Origin: Vicinamibacterales bacterium
GTDB lineage: Bacteria; Acidobacteriota; Vicinamibacteria; Vicinamibacterales; JAKQTR01
DNA length: 64,000 nucleotides
Reading direction: 5' to 3'
Assembly: GCA_046496425.1 (NCBI GenBank)
Contig: JAWOGY010000063.1
Coordinates: forward strand, 10,360 to 74,359
Position 1 is the first letter of the stretch. Every line of letters starts with the position of its first letter. Below the pieces are notes generated by a model. The model saw only the letters and a program-made list of their open reading frames with translations, was not told the origin of the DNA and made no database searches. Made by a program: the position numbers and the translations under genes. This document shows, one piece after another, positions 44,763 to 53,124 of this stretch.

Positions 44763-44892
44763 GGGCTAGGGACTAGGCGCTGGGCGCTGGTGGGACACGG
44801 CTCTCGCCGCGTGGCTGGCAGTTCAACAGCCAGACTGACTAGCCCCTGGCGCCTGATCTGACTAGCGCCCAGCGCCTAGCCCCTAGCCCCTG
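44760..44892. repeat. MITE-like CTAG-rich element E1 with approx 28-bp terminal inverted repeats
   Basis: The left arm aggggctagggactaggcgctgggcgct pairs with the right arm agcgcccagcgcctagcccctagcccct (1 mismatch). The core is homologous to E2 in the opposite orientation. Its first TAG is the stop codon of the anti-sigma gene. Confidence 0.75.
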
Positions 44893-44910
44893 GAGTAAGA
44901 TCTCCTCGTC

Positions 44911-46263
44911 ATGCGTCCTCTCAAGATCGGCATCAGCGGCGTCCGCGGCATCGTCGGCGAATCCCTCACACCCGAGCTCATCGTTTCCTTCGCGCAGGCC
45001 TTCGGCACGTATCTCGACTCGGGCCGCATTCTCGTGTGCCGCGACACGCGATCGTCGGGACCGATGGTGCAGGCGGCCGTCATTTCCGGGCTGCTCTCGG
45101 CCGGCTGCGAGGTGATCGATCTCGGCGTCTCGCCGACGCCCACGCTCCAGCTCGCCGTCAACTGGCTCGGCGCGCAGGGCGGCGTGTCCATCACCGGCGG
45201 CCACAATCCGGCCGCGTGGAACGCGCTCAAGTTCGTTCGCGGCGACGGCCTCTACCTCAACACCACCCAGGCGGAAGAGTTGCTCGACATCGTCCACCAG
45301 GGCGAGTTCGAGAAGGCGTCGTGGGATCGCATCCGCACCGGGGTGGCCGCCGAAGACGCCATCGGCCATCATCTCGACGTGCTGGCGGCCGCTTTCGACG
45401 TGCGTGCCGCGCGCCGCCGCGGCCTCCGCGTGGCGGTCGACTGCTGCAACGGCGCCTCGACCTTGCTGTCCCCGCGGTGGCTCGAGATGCTGGGGTGCAC
45501 GGTGCTGGCCGTCAACGACGACCCGTCGGCGCCGTTCCCGCACCGCCCCGAGCCGAAGCCGGAGACCATGGCGCAGCTGAAGGCCGTCGTGCGCGCGGGC
45601 GGCGCCGATCTCGGGTTCGCCCACGACGCCGACGGCGAGCGCATCGGCCTGGTGACCGCCGAGGGCGAGGCGCTCTCCGAAGAGCGCACGATCACGCTGG
45701 CCGCGGCCATCGCCCTCTCGCAGCAGCCGGGCACCGTCGTGACGAACGTGTCCACGACCCGGGCCGTCGACGAGGTCGCGAAGCGGCATGGCGGGACTGT
45801 GGTGCGCACCCCCGTGGGACAGTCGTTCATCTCCGAGGCCATGATCGAGCACCGCGCGGTCATCGGCGGCGAGGGCAACGGCGGCGTGGCCGTGCCCCGC
45901 GTGCTGATGTCGCACGATGCGGCCGCGGCGCAGGGGCTGATCATCGAGCACATGGCCTGCACGGGCGCGTCGCTCGGCCAGTTGGTGGGCAGCCTGCCGT
46001 CGTTCGCCATGGTGAAGCACGATTTTGCCGAGAAGCCGAGCGCGCTGTACTCGATTCTCCAGGATTTCCGCGACACAATCGAGCGAGAGGGCCTCAGCGC
46101 CGACGCGACCGACGGCATCGTCGTGCCGTTCGACGACGGCTGGGTGCACGTGCGCGCGTCGCAGACCGAGTCGATGATCAGGGTGATCGCCGAGGCCGGC
46201 ACCGCCTCGAGGGCGCGCGACCTGGCGGACTGGGCGAGGGACAGGCTGGGGGCGAGGGGCTAG
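44911..46263 (+). CDS. alpha-D-phosphohexomutase superfamily paralog with a non-canonical active site
   Basis: GISGVRGIVGE.., SITGGHNPAAWNALKF (expected T-A-S-H-N), GFAHDADGERIGL (expected DxDxDR), GGEGNGG. 450 aa. Confidence 0.85.
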   Translation: MRPLKIGISGVRGIVGESLTPELIVSFAQAFGTYLDSGRILVCRDTRSSGPMVQAAVISGLLSAGCEVIDLGVSPTPTLQLAVNWLGAQGGVSITGGHNPAAWNALKFVRGDGLYLNTTQAEELLDIVHQGEFEKASWDRIRTGVAAEDAIGHHLDVLAAAFDVRAARRRGLRVAVDCCNGASTLLSPRWLEMLGCTVLAVNDDPSAPFPHRPEPKPETMAQLKAVVRAGGADLGFAHDADGERIGLVTAEGEALSEERTITLAAAIALSQQPGTVVTNVSTTRAVDEVAKRHGGTVVRTPVGQSFISEAMIEHRAVIGGEGNGGVAVPRVLMSHDAAAAQGLIIEHMACTGASLGQLVGSLPSFAMVKHDFAEKPSALYSILQDFRDTIEREGLSADATDGIVVPFDDGWVHVRASQTESMIRVIAEAGTASRARDLADWARDRLGARG

Positions 46264-46383
46264 GGGCTGGGGACTAGGCGCTAGGGACTAGGCGCTGGGC
46301 GCTAGTCAGTCTGGCTGTTGAGCTGTCGGCCACGCGGCGAAAGCCGCGTCGTACTAGCCCCTAGCGCCTAGTCCCTAGTCCCT
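46261..46383. repeat. MITE-like CTAG-rich element E2 (inverted relative to E1)
   Basis: Built from agggactaggcgct sub-repeats and their complement agcgcctagtccct. The core tagtcagtctggctgttgagctg is the reverse complement of the E1 core cagttcaacagccagactgacta. Its first TAG is the stop codon of the preceding mutase paralog. Confidence 0.75.
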
Positions 46384-46417
46384 GATCACTGACCGAGAGC
46401 GAGCAACGGTGTAACCC

Positions 46418-47779
46418 ATGCGAGCGATTCCCACTCTCAAAATCAGCATCTCCGGCGTCCGCGGCGTCATCGGCGACTCGCTGACGCCGACGCTGCTGAC
46501 GCGCTTCGCCCAGGCCTTCGGCACCTACGCGGGGGCGGGCACGGTCGTGGTCGGCCGCGACACGCGCACGTCGGGCGAAATGGTGCGGCAGGCCGTCGTG
46601 GCGGGCCTGCTCTCGAGCGGGTGCCGGGTGGTCGACGCGGGCGTGTGCCCGGTGCCCACCGTGCAGCTTGCCGTCCGCCACCGGCGCGCCCAGGGCGGCA
46701 TCGCGATCACGGCCAGCCACAACCCGGCCGAGTGGAACGCGCTGAAGTTCATCGGCCCCGACGGCCTGTTCCTGAGCGCCGGCCCGGCGCGCGAGTTGCT
46801 CGACATCTATCACCAGGGCGACTACGTGAAAGTGGCGGGCTCCGAGATGCGCTCCGTCGAGCGGATGACAGACGCGCTCGACCTGCACTTCAAGGCCATT
46901 CTCGACGCGGTCGGGCCGCTGCCGTCAGGCCCGCGGCGGCTGCGCGTGGCGCTCGACGCGTGCAACGGCGCCGGCGTCTTCATCGCGCCCCGCCTGCTCG
47001 ACGCGCTCGGCGTGGACGTCATCCCGATCAACGTCACGCCGAACGGCCTCTTTCCGCGCCCGGCCGAGCCTCTGCCCGAGAACCTCGGCGCCCTGTGCGA
47101 GCTGGTCCGCGCGAACGGGTGCGACATCGGGTTCGCGCAGGACATGGATGCCGACCGCCTCGCCGTCGTCTCCGAGCGCGGCATCCCCATCGGCGAGGAC
47201 TTCACGCTGGTGCTGGCCGCCTGGTACGTGCTCGGCAGGCAGCCGGGGCCGGTGGTGGCCAACCTGTCGACCACGGCCGCCCTCGACGCGGTGGCGCAGC
47301 GGTTCGGCTGCCCGGTCCTGCGCACGAAAATCGGCGAGGCGAACGTCACCGAGCGCATGAAGAGCGAGCGCGCGGTCATCGGCGGCGAAGGCAACGGCGG
47401 CGTGATCTACCCCTCGATCAACTTCGCGCGCGACAGCCAGGTGGGCATGGCCCTCATCCTTCACCTGCTCGCCTCGTCGGGCAAGACGGTGTCGGAACTT
47501 GTCGCCGAGTTGCCGCCATTCGTGATGGTGAAAGAGAAGCTCGCCTGCCCGTCGAACAGGATCCCCGACGTGCTCCGGATGGTGAAGCGCGAGTTCGCAG
47601 ACCTGCCGATGGACACGCGCGACGGCGTCAAGGTGATGCTCCCGTCGGGCTGGTTCCACGTCCGCGGCTCCAATACCGAGCCTATCGTGCGCGTCGTCGC
47701 CGAAGGGCCGTCGGAAGCCGAAGCCCGCGCCGTCGTGAAGGACGTGTTCGGCCGGGTGGCGACGATCGTCAACGGCTGA
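46418..47779 (+). CDS. alpha-D-phosphohexomutase (phosphoglucosamine/phosphomannomutase type), canonical motifs
   Basis: IAITASHNPAEWNALKF (phosphoserine loop), GFAQDMDADRLAV (metal loop), GGEGNGG. 453 aa. Confidence 0.9.
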   Translation: MRAIPTLKISISGVRGVIGDSLTPTLLTRFAQAFGTYAGAGTVVVGRDTRTSGEMVRQAVVAGLLSSGCRVVDAGVCPVPTVQLAVRHRRAQGGIAITASHNPAEWNALKFIGPDGLFLSAGPARELLDIYHQGDYVKVAGSEMRSVERMTDALDLHFKAILDAVGPLPSGPRRLRVALDACNGAGVFIAPRLLDALGVDVIPINVTPNGLFPRPAEPLPENLGALCELVRANGCDIGFAQDMDADRLAVVSERGIPIGEDFTLVLAAWYVLGRQPGPVVANLSTTAALDAVAQRFGCPVLRTKIGEANVTERMKSERAVIGGEGNGGVIYPSINFARDSQVGMALILHLLASSGKTVSELVAELPPFVMVKEKLACPSNRIPDVLRMVKREFADLPMDTRDGVKVMLPSGWFHVRGSNTEPIVRVVAEGPSEAEARAVVKDVFGRVATIVNG

Positions 47780-47805
47780 AAGGAGCCCTTCTGCCGCGCT
47801 CCCGC

Positions 47806-48486
47806 GTGCTTCAGCCCGAGATGATGGACCAGCCGGATCTCGACGTCCGGCGGCACATTCACGCCCTCGACGCGCTTGGCCGCGCGAATGCGGTCAGCCG
47901 CACGGCAGCGGCCATCTGGCCGGCGATTCGGGCGGCCGCGCATGAGACAACGGAGCGCCCGTTGCGGGTGCTCGACATCGCGTGCGGCGGCGGCCACGTC
48001 CTGCTGTCGCTCGCGCGCCGGGCGCTGCGGGAACGGATCGAGGTCGCGTGGGTGGGCTGGGACATGAGCCCGGTGGCCATCGACTACGCTCGTACGCTCG
48101 CCACCCGCCGCGGCGTCGAAGGCGTGCGGTTCGTGCCGGTAGACGCGCTTCGGGCTCCCATCCCCGCCGGAATCGACGTGGTGGTTTGCACCCTCTTCCT
48201 GCACCACCTGCCGGACGCGGACGCCGTCGCGCTGCTCGGCCGGCTGGCACGGGCCGCGCGACGCGCGGTGGTCGTCTCCGATCTTCGGCGAACGCTGCTG
48301 GGAACGGCATTCACCTGGATCGGAGGCCGACTCCTGTCGCGCTCCGAGGTGTTCCGCGTGGACGGCATGCGATCGGTCGCGGCGGCGTTTACCCTTCAGG
48401 AAGCGCGCGAGCTTGCCGGGCGCGCCGGACTGTCCGGAGCCCGGATCACCCGGGTCTGGCCGCAACGGTGGCTGCTTACTTTATGA
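47806..48486 (+). CDS. class I SAM-dependent methyltransferase
   Basis: VLDIACGGGHV (motif I). ..VVVCTLFLHHLPD. The start is uncertain (CTG 47791, GTG 47806 or ATG 47821, all in frame; AAGGAG at 47780). Confidence 0.8.
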   Translation: MLQPEMMDQPDLDVRRHIHALDALGRANAVSRTAAAIWPAIRAAAHETTERPLRVLDIACGGGHVLLSLARRALRERIEVAWVGWDMSPVAIDYARTLATRRGVEGVRFVPVDALRAPIPAGIDVVVCTLFLHHLPDADAVALLGRLARAARRAVVVSDLRRTLLGTAFTWIGGRLLSRSEVFRVDGMRSVAAAFTLQEARELAGRAGLSGARITRVWPQRWLLTL

Positions 48487-49643
48487 ACACCTGGGACGCG
48501 ATCGTCATCGGCGCGGGACCGGCGGGATCGCTCGCCGCGACGCTGCTCGCCCGCGAGGGGCTCGGCGTGCTGCTGGTCGAGCGGCGCGCATTCCCGCGCC
48601 GCAAGGTCTGCGGCGGATGCCTGAACGCCAGCGCCCTCGCGTCGCTCGACCGGTCCGGGCTCGGCGGCAGGGTGCGGGGCCTCGGCGCTTTGCCGCTCGA
48701 TACGCTGCGTCTGCATCATCGCGGACGCCAGGCCCGGGTCCCCTTGCCAGCGGGACTGGCGGTGTCTCGTGCGGCACTCGATCTCGCCCTCGCGGACGCG
48801 GCCGCCGAGGCGGGCTGCGAACGGCGCTTCCAGACAACGGCGACCATCGAGCCGCGATCGGATGACGAAGCCGGCCGCGGATACCGGCGCGTCTTGCTGC
48901 GCGGCGCAGGCGGGCGCGATGAAGCAGCGCGGGCGCGGGCGGTTGTCGTCGCCGACGGACTCGGCCATGTCTCGTTGCGCGACTGCGCGGGTTTCACGAG
49001 CGTCGTGCAAGCCTCGGCGCGCGTCGGCATCGGCGGCGACGTCGATGCCGGCACGATCGACACGGCACCCGGCGCGATCACGATGGCCGTGTCGCGCGGC
49101 GGCTATGTCGGCGCGGTCGACGTGGAAGGCGGCCGGGTGAACGTTGGCGCCGCGGTGGACCCGGCGTTCCTCAAAGCCTCCGGCGGACCCGCCGGAGCCC
49201 TCCGCGCCATGTTCGCGGACGCCGGCGTCCGAATAGACGCCCCGCTGGAGTCCATCGACTGGATGGGCACGCTGCCCCTCACCCGCCGGCTGGCTCGCCC
49301 GGCCGCGCGCGGGATCTTCGTCATCGGCGACGCCGCCGGCTACGTGGAGCCGTTCACGGGCGAAGGCATGGCCTGGGCCCTTGCCGGCGCGGAAGCGGTG
49401 GTCCCGTTCGTGAAACGCGCGGCGGCCGCGCATGATCCACGGCTCGAGGACGAATGGGTCCGTGCGCTCGCGAGATCCATCGGCCGCGATCAGCGCCGGT
49501 GCCGCATTCTGGCCTGGAACCTCAGGCAACCGGCGCTGGTGGCGATGTTCATGTCGTTGCTCCGGCGGCACCCGCGGCTTGCCGCATCCGTGCTGGCGCG
49601 TTTCTCGCCTCCCACCCACCCAACCCCTGAAAGGACTGCGTGA
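48483..49643 (+). CDS. FAD-dependent oxidoreductase (geranylgeranyl-reductase / aromatic hydroxylase-like)
   Basis: DAIVIGAGPAGSLAATLLAREG (GxGxxG dinucleotide fold). ..FVIGDAAGYVEPFTGEGM (GD motif). ATGA overlap with the methyltransferase gene. Confidence 0.85.
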   Translation: MNTWDAIVIGAGPAGSLAATLLAREGLGVLLVERRAFPRRKVCGGCLNASALASLDRSGLGGRVRGLGALPLDTLRLHHRGRQARVPLPAGLAVSRAALDLALADAAAEAGCERRFQTTATIEPRSDDEAGRGYRRVLLRGAGGRDEAARARAVVVADGLGHVSLRDCAGFTSVVQASARVGIGGDVDAGTIDTAPGAITMAVSRGGYVGAVDVEGGRVNVGAAVDPAFLKASGGPAGALRAMFADAGVRIDAPLESIDWMGTLPLTRRLARPAARGIFVIGDAAGYVEPFTGEGMAWALAGAEAVVPFVKRAAAAHDPRLEDEWVRALARSIGRDQRRCRILAWNLRQPALVAMFMSLLRRHPRLAASVLARFSPPTHPTPERTA

Positions 49644-50737
49644 TGCCGCTTCATATCCAAGGCATCGGGACCGCCGTGCCGCCCAACGCCATCTCCCAGG
49701 ACGAGGCCGCCGCGACAGCCGCGCAATACGGATGCGTCTCGCCTGAACAGCAGCGGCAGTTGAAGGCCCTGTACCGGCTGTCGCGGGTGAAGCGGCGGTA
49801 CAGCGTGGTGCTCGAGTCGGACAGCCGCTCTGGTGCGGCGCGCCAGACCTTCTTTCCGCCCATGCGCGGCAGCGATGACCGCGGGCCGTCCACCGCCGCG
49901 CGAATGGCGAAGTACGAGCGTGAAGCCCCCGCCCTCGGTGCCCGGGCGGCGACGATCGCGCTTCGGAACGCCGGGCGCGAGGCCGGCGACGTGACGCATC
50001 TTGTCACCGTGTCCTGCACCGGTTTCTCGGCCCCGAACTTCGACCTCGGTCTTCTGCGCGAGCTCGGCCTGCCCCGGACCGTCGCCCGCACCCACGTCGG
50101 GTTCATGGGGTGCCACGGCGCGCTGAACGGGCTGCGAGTCGCCGGCGGCTATGCCGACAACGACCCGGATGCCTGCGTGCTTGTCTGCGCGGTTGAGCTG
50201 TGCAGCCTGCATTACCAGTACGGCTGGAACAGCGATTCGGTCGTGTCAAACGGGATCTTCGCCGACGGCGCGGCCGCCGTGGTCGGTGCCGCCGCGCCGG
50301 GTTCGTCAGGCGACGACTGGGTGCTGGCGCGCAGCGGTGCCTCGCTGCTCGAAGACTCGTCGGAACTCATGGCCTGGCGCATCGGCGATCACGGATTCGA
50401 GATCACGCTGTCGGCGCGCGTGCCCGGCGTCATCGAGCACGAGTTGAGGCCGTGGCTCGACGGCTGGCTCGCCGCCCAACAACTCACGAGGGATCAGATC
50501 GCCACATGGGCAGTGCATCCCGGCGGCCCGCGCATTCTCGAGTCGGTCGCCGCGGCCACCGGCATCGGACGCGAGGATTACGCCATCTCGCAGGAGGTGC
50601 TCAGCGAGTTCGGCAACATGTCCTCGCCGACCATCCTCTTCATTCTCGATCGCCTCCGCCAGCGGGGCGCACCCAGGCCCTGCCTGGCTCTCGGCTTCGG
50701 CCCCGGCCTCGCCGTGGAAGCCGCACTGTTCCGCTGA
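49640..50737 (+). CDS. type III polyketide synthase (chalcone/stilbene synthase family)
   Basis: VSCTGFSAPNFD (catalytic Cys), WAVHPGGPRIL (His), FGNMSSPTILFIL (Asn), GFGPGLAVE. Its start overlaps the flavoprotein stop (GTGATG). Confidence 0.9.
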   Translation: MMPLHIQGIGTAVPPNAISQDEAAATAAQYGCVSPEQQRQLKALYRLSRVKRRYSVVLESDSRSGAARQTFFPPMRGSDDRGPSTAARMAKYEREAPALGARAATIALRNAGREAGDVTHLVTVSCTGFSAPNFDLGLLRELGLPRTVARTHVGFMGCHGALNGLRVAGGYADNDPDACVLVCAVELCSLHYQYGWNSDSVVSNGIFADGAAAVVGAAAPGSSGDDWVLARSGASLLEDSSELMAWRIGDHGFEITLSARVPGVIEHELRPWLDGWLAAQQLTRDQIATWAVHPGGPRILESVAAATGIGREDYAISQEVLSEFGNMSSPTILFILDRLRQRGAPRPCLALGFGPGLAVEAALFR

Positions 50738-50762
50738 CCGGCGCATCCCATGCCCCCTGTCC

Positions 50763-52220
50763 CTACCGTGCCCGCAGCTCGTAGATCGAGATGCTCAGGG
50801 GCGGCAGCGTGAGGCTGTCGCCGACGGGCACGTTCGCGGTCTCCTCGATTCTCACCGCCGGCGGCTTGCCGGGCTCGTTGTACGCCAGCGGGCCGGTCCC
50901 CACAATCCTCCTCAACGTTGCCGATGGCGCAAACCTCGCCCCCCTCAGCTGCAACGCCATCGTCTGCGCCTCGGCCGTCGGGTTGACGATGGCGAGGGTG
51001 AGCGCGGAGCGATCCTCGCGCCAGGCCGCCGCGACATCGAGCGGCCCGGGCGCGCCCGTGATGGTCACCGGCACCTGGCCGAAGTGCGCGCGGTAGAGTT
51101 TCAGCACGAGGCCTGTCGTTTCGAAGGCGGCGGCCGTCTTCGTGGTCCTGATCGCGCCAATCACGTTCGCCGTCTGCGCGTGGTTGGCCATGAAGTCGCT
51201 GTCGGCCTGTCGCGAGTGCTCGTGGAAGCTTGTCGCGACGCCGAGGGCATCCTCGAGGAAGTACCGCGTGCCGGGTTCGCTGAAGAGGTGCGGCCGGTAC
51301 CGGTAGTTCCACTCGCTGTTCACCTCGTTGCCCTGGCCGCTGTTCACACTGACGTCCGGCTCCGCGCCGGTGAGCCGGCAGAGCGCCATGAATTCGTGGA
51401 TGCCAACGTCGTTGTGCTCGACCCCCTTCCACGCGGGGTTCTTCCGCGGAGGCTGGCGGTCGCGTTCGCCGTTGCCGTCGCGCCAGCCGTAGCCGCTCAC
51501 GAAGTTGCTGCCGGGCCACCGGTAGACCGGCGCGTCGAGTTCCCGAAGCAGCGCCAGGACGTCGGCGCGGAACCCTTCGATGTTGTTCGCCGGCATGAGC
51601 GACGCGGTCCCGATGCGGAACCGGCCCTTTCCGCGTCCGGCAATCTCCAGCCTGGCGTCATCGGATGTCGCCCGGGCGGTGAAAGCGATGGGGTACGGCC
51701 GGTACCGCTCGTCGAAGGTGCGGATGGTGACCGTCTGCCGGCCCGAAGGCCCGGCGCCCCACACGAGGCTGACCTCGATCGGCCCGGCCTCCGAGTTGCC
51801 CGCGAGAACCACCCGGCCCGTGTAGCGGGCACCGGCGACAACACCGAGCCCCGCCTGGCTGAGGCCCGAAGGCCCGCTCGCGCCGTCGAGTTCGAATTCC
51901 GGCGAGTGCGCCCCGACGAACGCCCGCGACGTGGTCATCGCCGTGCTGCGCGGCTCGCCGAGGATCGACCACGGCGACTCCCCTTCCGCCACCGGATGGA
52001 AGAATTTGCGGTCGTCCAGCATCTCCGCCCAGACGCCGCCGTCGATCGAGCGGCCCAGGTGCTCGATGAACTGGCCGTAGAGGGACTGCGACATCGGCGC
52101 GAGCGGCGCCCCGGCATCGATGGTCACCGCCGGCGCCTGGGCGAGGCCAGGCGCAAGGCTTGCCGCCATCAGCAGGCCGATGCCGGCGGCACAGACCCGG
52201 ATACGGGCGGGCCCCATCAT
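50763..52220 (-). CDS. GH51-like glycoside hydrolase (alpha-L-arabinofuranosidase family), secreted
   Basis: Trimmed to the ATGATG at 52220 (GGAGGG RBS). YGQFIEHLGRSIDGGVW and YRWPGSNFVSGYGWRDG resemble the GH51 N-terminal blocks. C-terminal beta-sandwich-like tail. Confidence 0.7.
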   Translation of the reverse strand: MMGPARIRVCAAGIGLLMAASLAPGLAQAPAVTIDAGAPLAPMSQSLYGQFIEHLGRSIDGGVWAEMLDDRKFFHPVAEGESPWSILGEPRSTAMTTSRAFVGAHSPEFELDGASGPSGLSQAGLGVVAGARYTGRVVLAGNSEAGPIEVSLVWGAGPSGRQTVTIRTFDERYRPYPIAFTARATSDDARLEIAGRGKGRFRIGTASLMPANNIEGFRADVLALLRELDAPVYRWPGSNFVSGYGWRDGNGERDRQPPRKNPAWKGVEHNDVGIHEFMALCRLTGAEPDVSVNSGQGNEVNSEWNYRYRPHLFSEPGTRYFLEDALGVATSFHEHSRQADSDFMANHAQTANVIGAIRTTKTAAAFETTGLVLKLYRAHFGQVPVTITGAPGPLDVAAAWREDRSALTLAIVNPTAEAQTMALQLRGARFAPSATLRRIVGTGPLAYNEPGKPPAVRIEETANVPVGDSLTLPPLSISIYELRAR

Positions 52221-53041
52221 CGCCCCCTCCGCGGCGTCCTGGGTTCGCCGACGACCCGGAACCCGAGGCTGAAGCCCAAGTCCTGGGGCGCATGCGTATA
52301 CCGCAGGCCGCACCGTGCGCTGTCGGCGTCGAAGTGCCAGCTGCCGCCGCGGATGACGCGCGTTCCCCCGATGTCGGCGCCGCGCGGGTCGGTGGCCAGT
52401 CTCGGGATGTAGGGGCCGTACCGGTCGTTGGTCCATTCCCACACGTTGCCGTGCATGTCGTGCAGGCCCCACGCGTTCGGCGGAAACGTGCCGACCGGCA
52501 GCGCCTTCTCGTACGCCGCGCCGCTGTCGACATCGACGGCAAAGCGGCTGTCGATGTTCGCCTGGGCCGTGGTGATCCGGGCGCCGGTGCCGTAGGCGGT
52601 GGAGGTGCCGGCGCGGCACGCGTACTCCCACTCGGCCTCGGTCGGCAGCCGGAACTCCATCGCCGTCGTACCCGCGTTGAGGCGCGAGAGGAAGGCGTTG
52701 ACCTCGTAGAAATCGACGTTCTCGACGGGGCACCGCTCGCAGTTCCCGAAATGGCTCGGGTTCGCGCCCATCACCTTCGTCCACTCGGCCTGCGTCACTT
52801 CGTGCTTGCCGATGTAGAACAGCCGGGAGATCGTCACCCGGTGCGCCACCTCGTCGTCGTTGCGCCCGGGCTCGGATTCGGGGCTGCCCATCATGAACGA
52901 CCCCGGCCTGACGGCGATGAGCACCATGCCCGTCGTGGGCTCGATGTAGAAGTCGGCAGGGCCGGGTGCGACCAGCCTCGCCGCGAACAGCGCCACCGCG
53001 AGCGAGGCGGCGACAACCCCCGTGATCACCCGGATGCTCAC
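52217..53041 (-). CDS. formylglycine-generating enzyme (SUMF1/FGE-sulfatase) domain protein
   Basis: ..FYIGKHEVTQAEWTKVMG..RLPTEAEWEYACRAGT..NAWGLHDMHGNVWEWTND..RVIRGGSW. Its stop overlaps the GH51 start (ATGA). Confidence 0.85.
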   Translation of the reverse strand: MSIRVITGVVAASLAVALFAARLVAPGPADFYIEPTTGMVLIAVRPGSFMMGSPESEPGRNDDEVAHRVTISRLFYIGKHEVTQAEWTKVMGANPSHFGNCERCPVENVDFYEVNAFLSRLNAGTTAMEFRLPTEAEWEYACRAGTSTAYGTGARITTAQANIDSRFAVDVDSGAAYEKALPVGTFPPNAWGLHDMHGNVWEWTNDRYGPYIPRLATDPRGADIGGTRVIRGGSWHFDADSARCGLRYTHAPQDLGFSLGFRVVGEPRTPRRGR

Positions 53042-53124
53042 AGAAAGAGTGTAACGAGGTCGGACCCGGAAATCAGGCGTTTCTCGTCCGGGGTAGAATT
53101 GCCGGAATTCTGGACCCGAACCGG

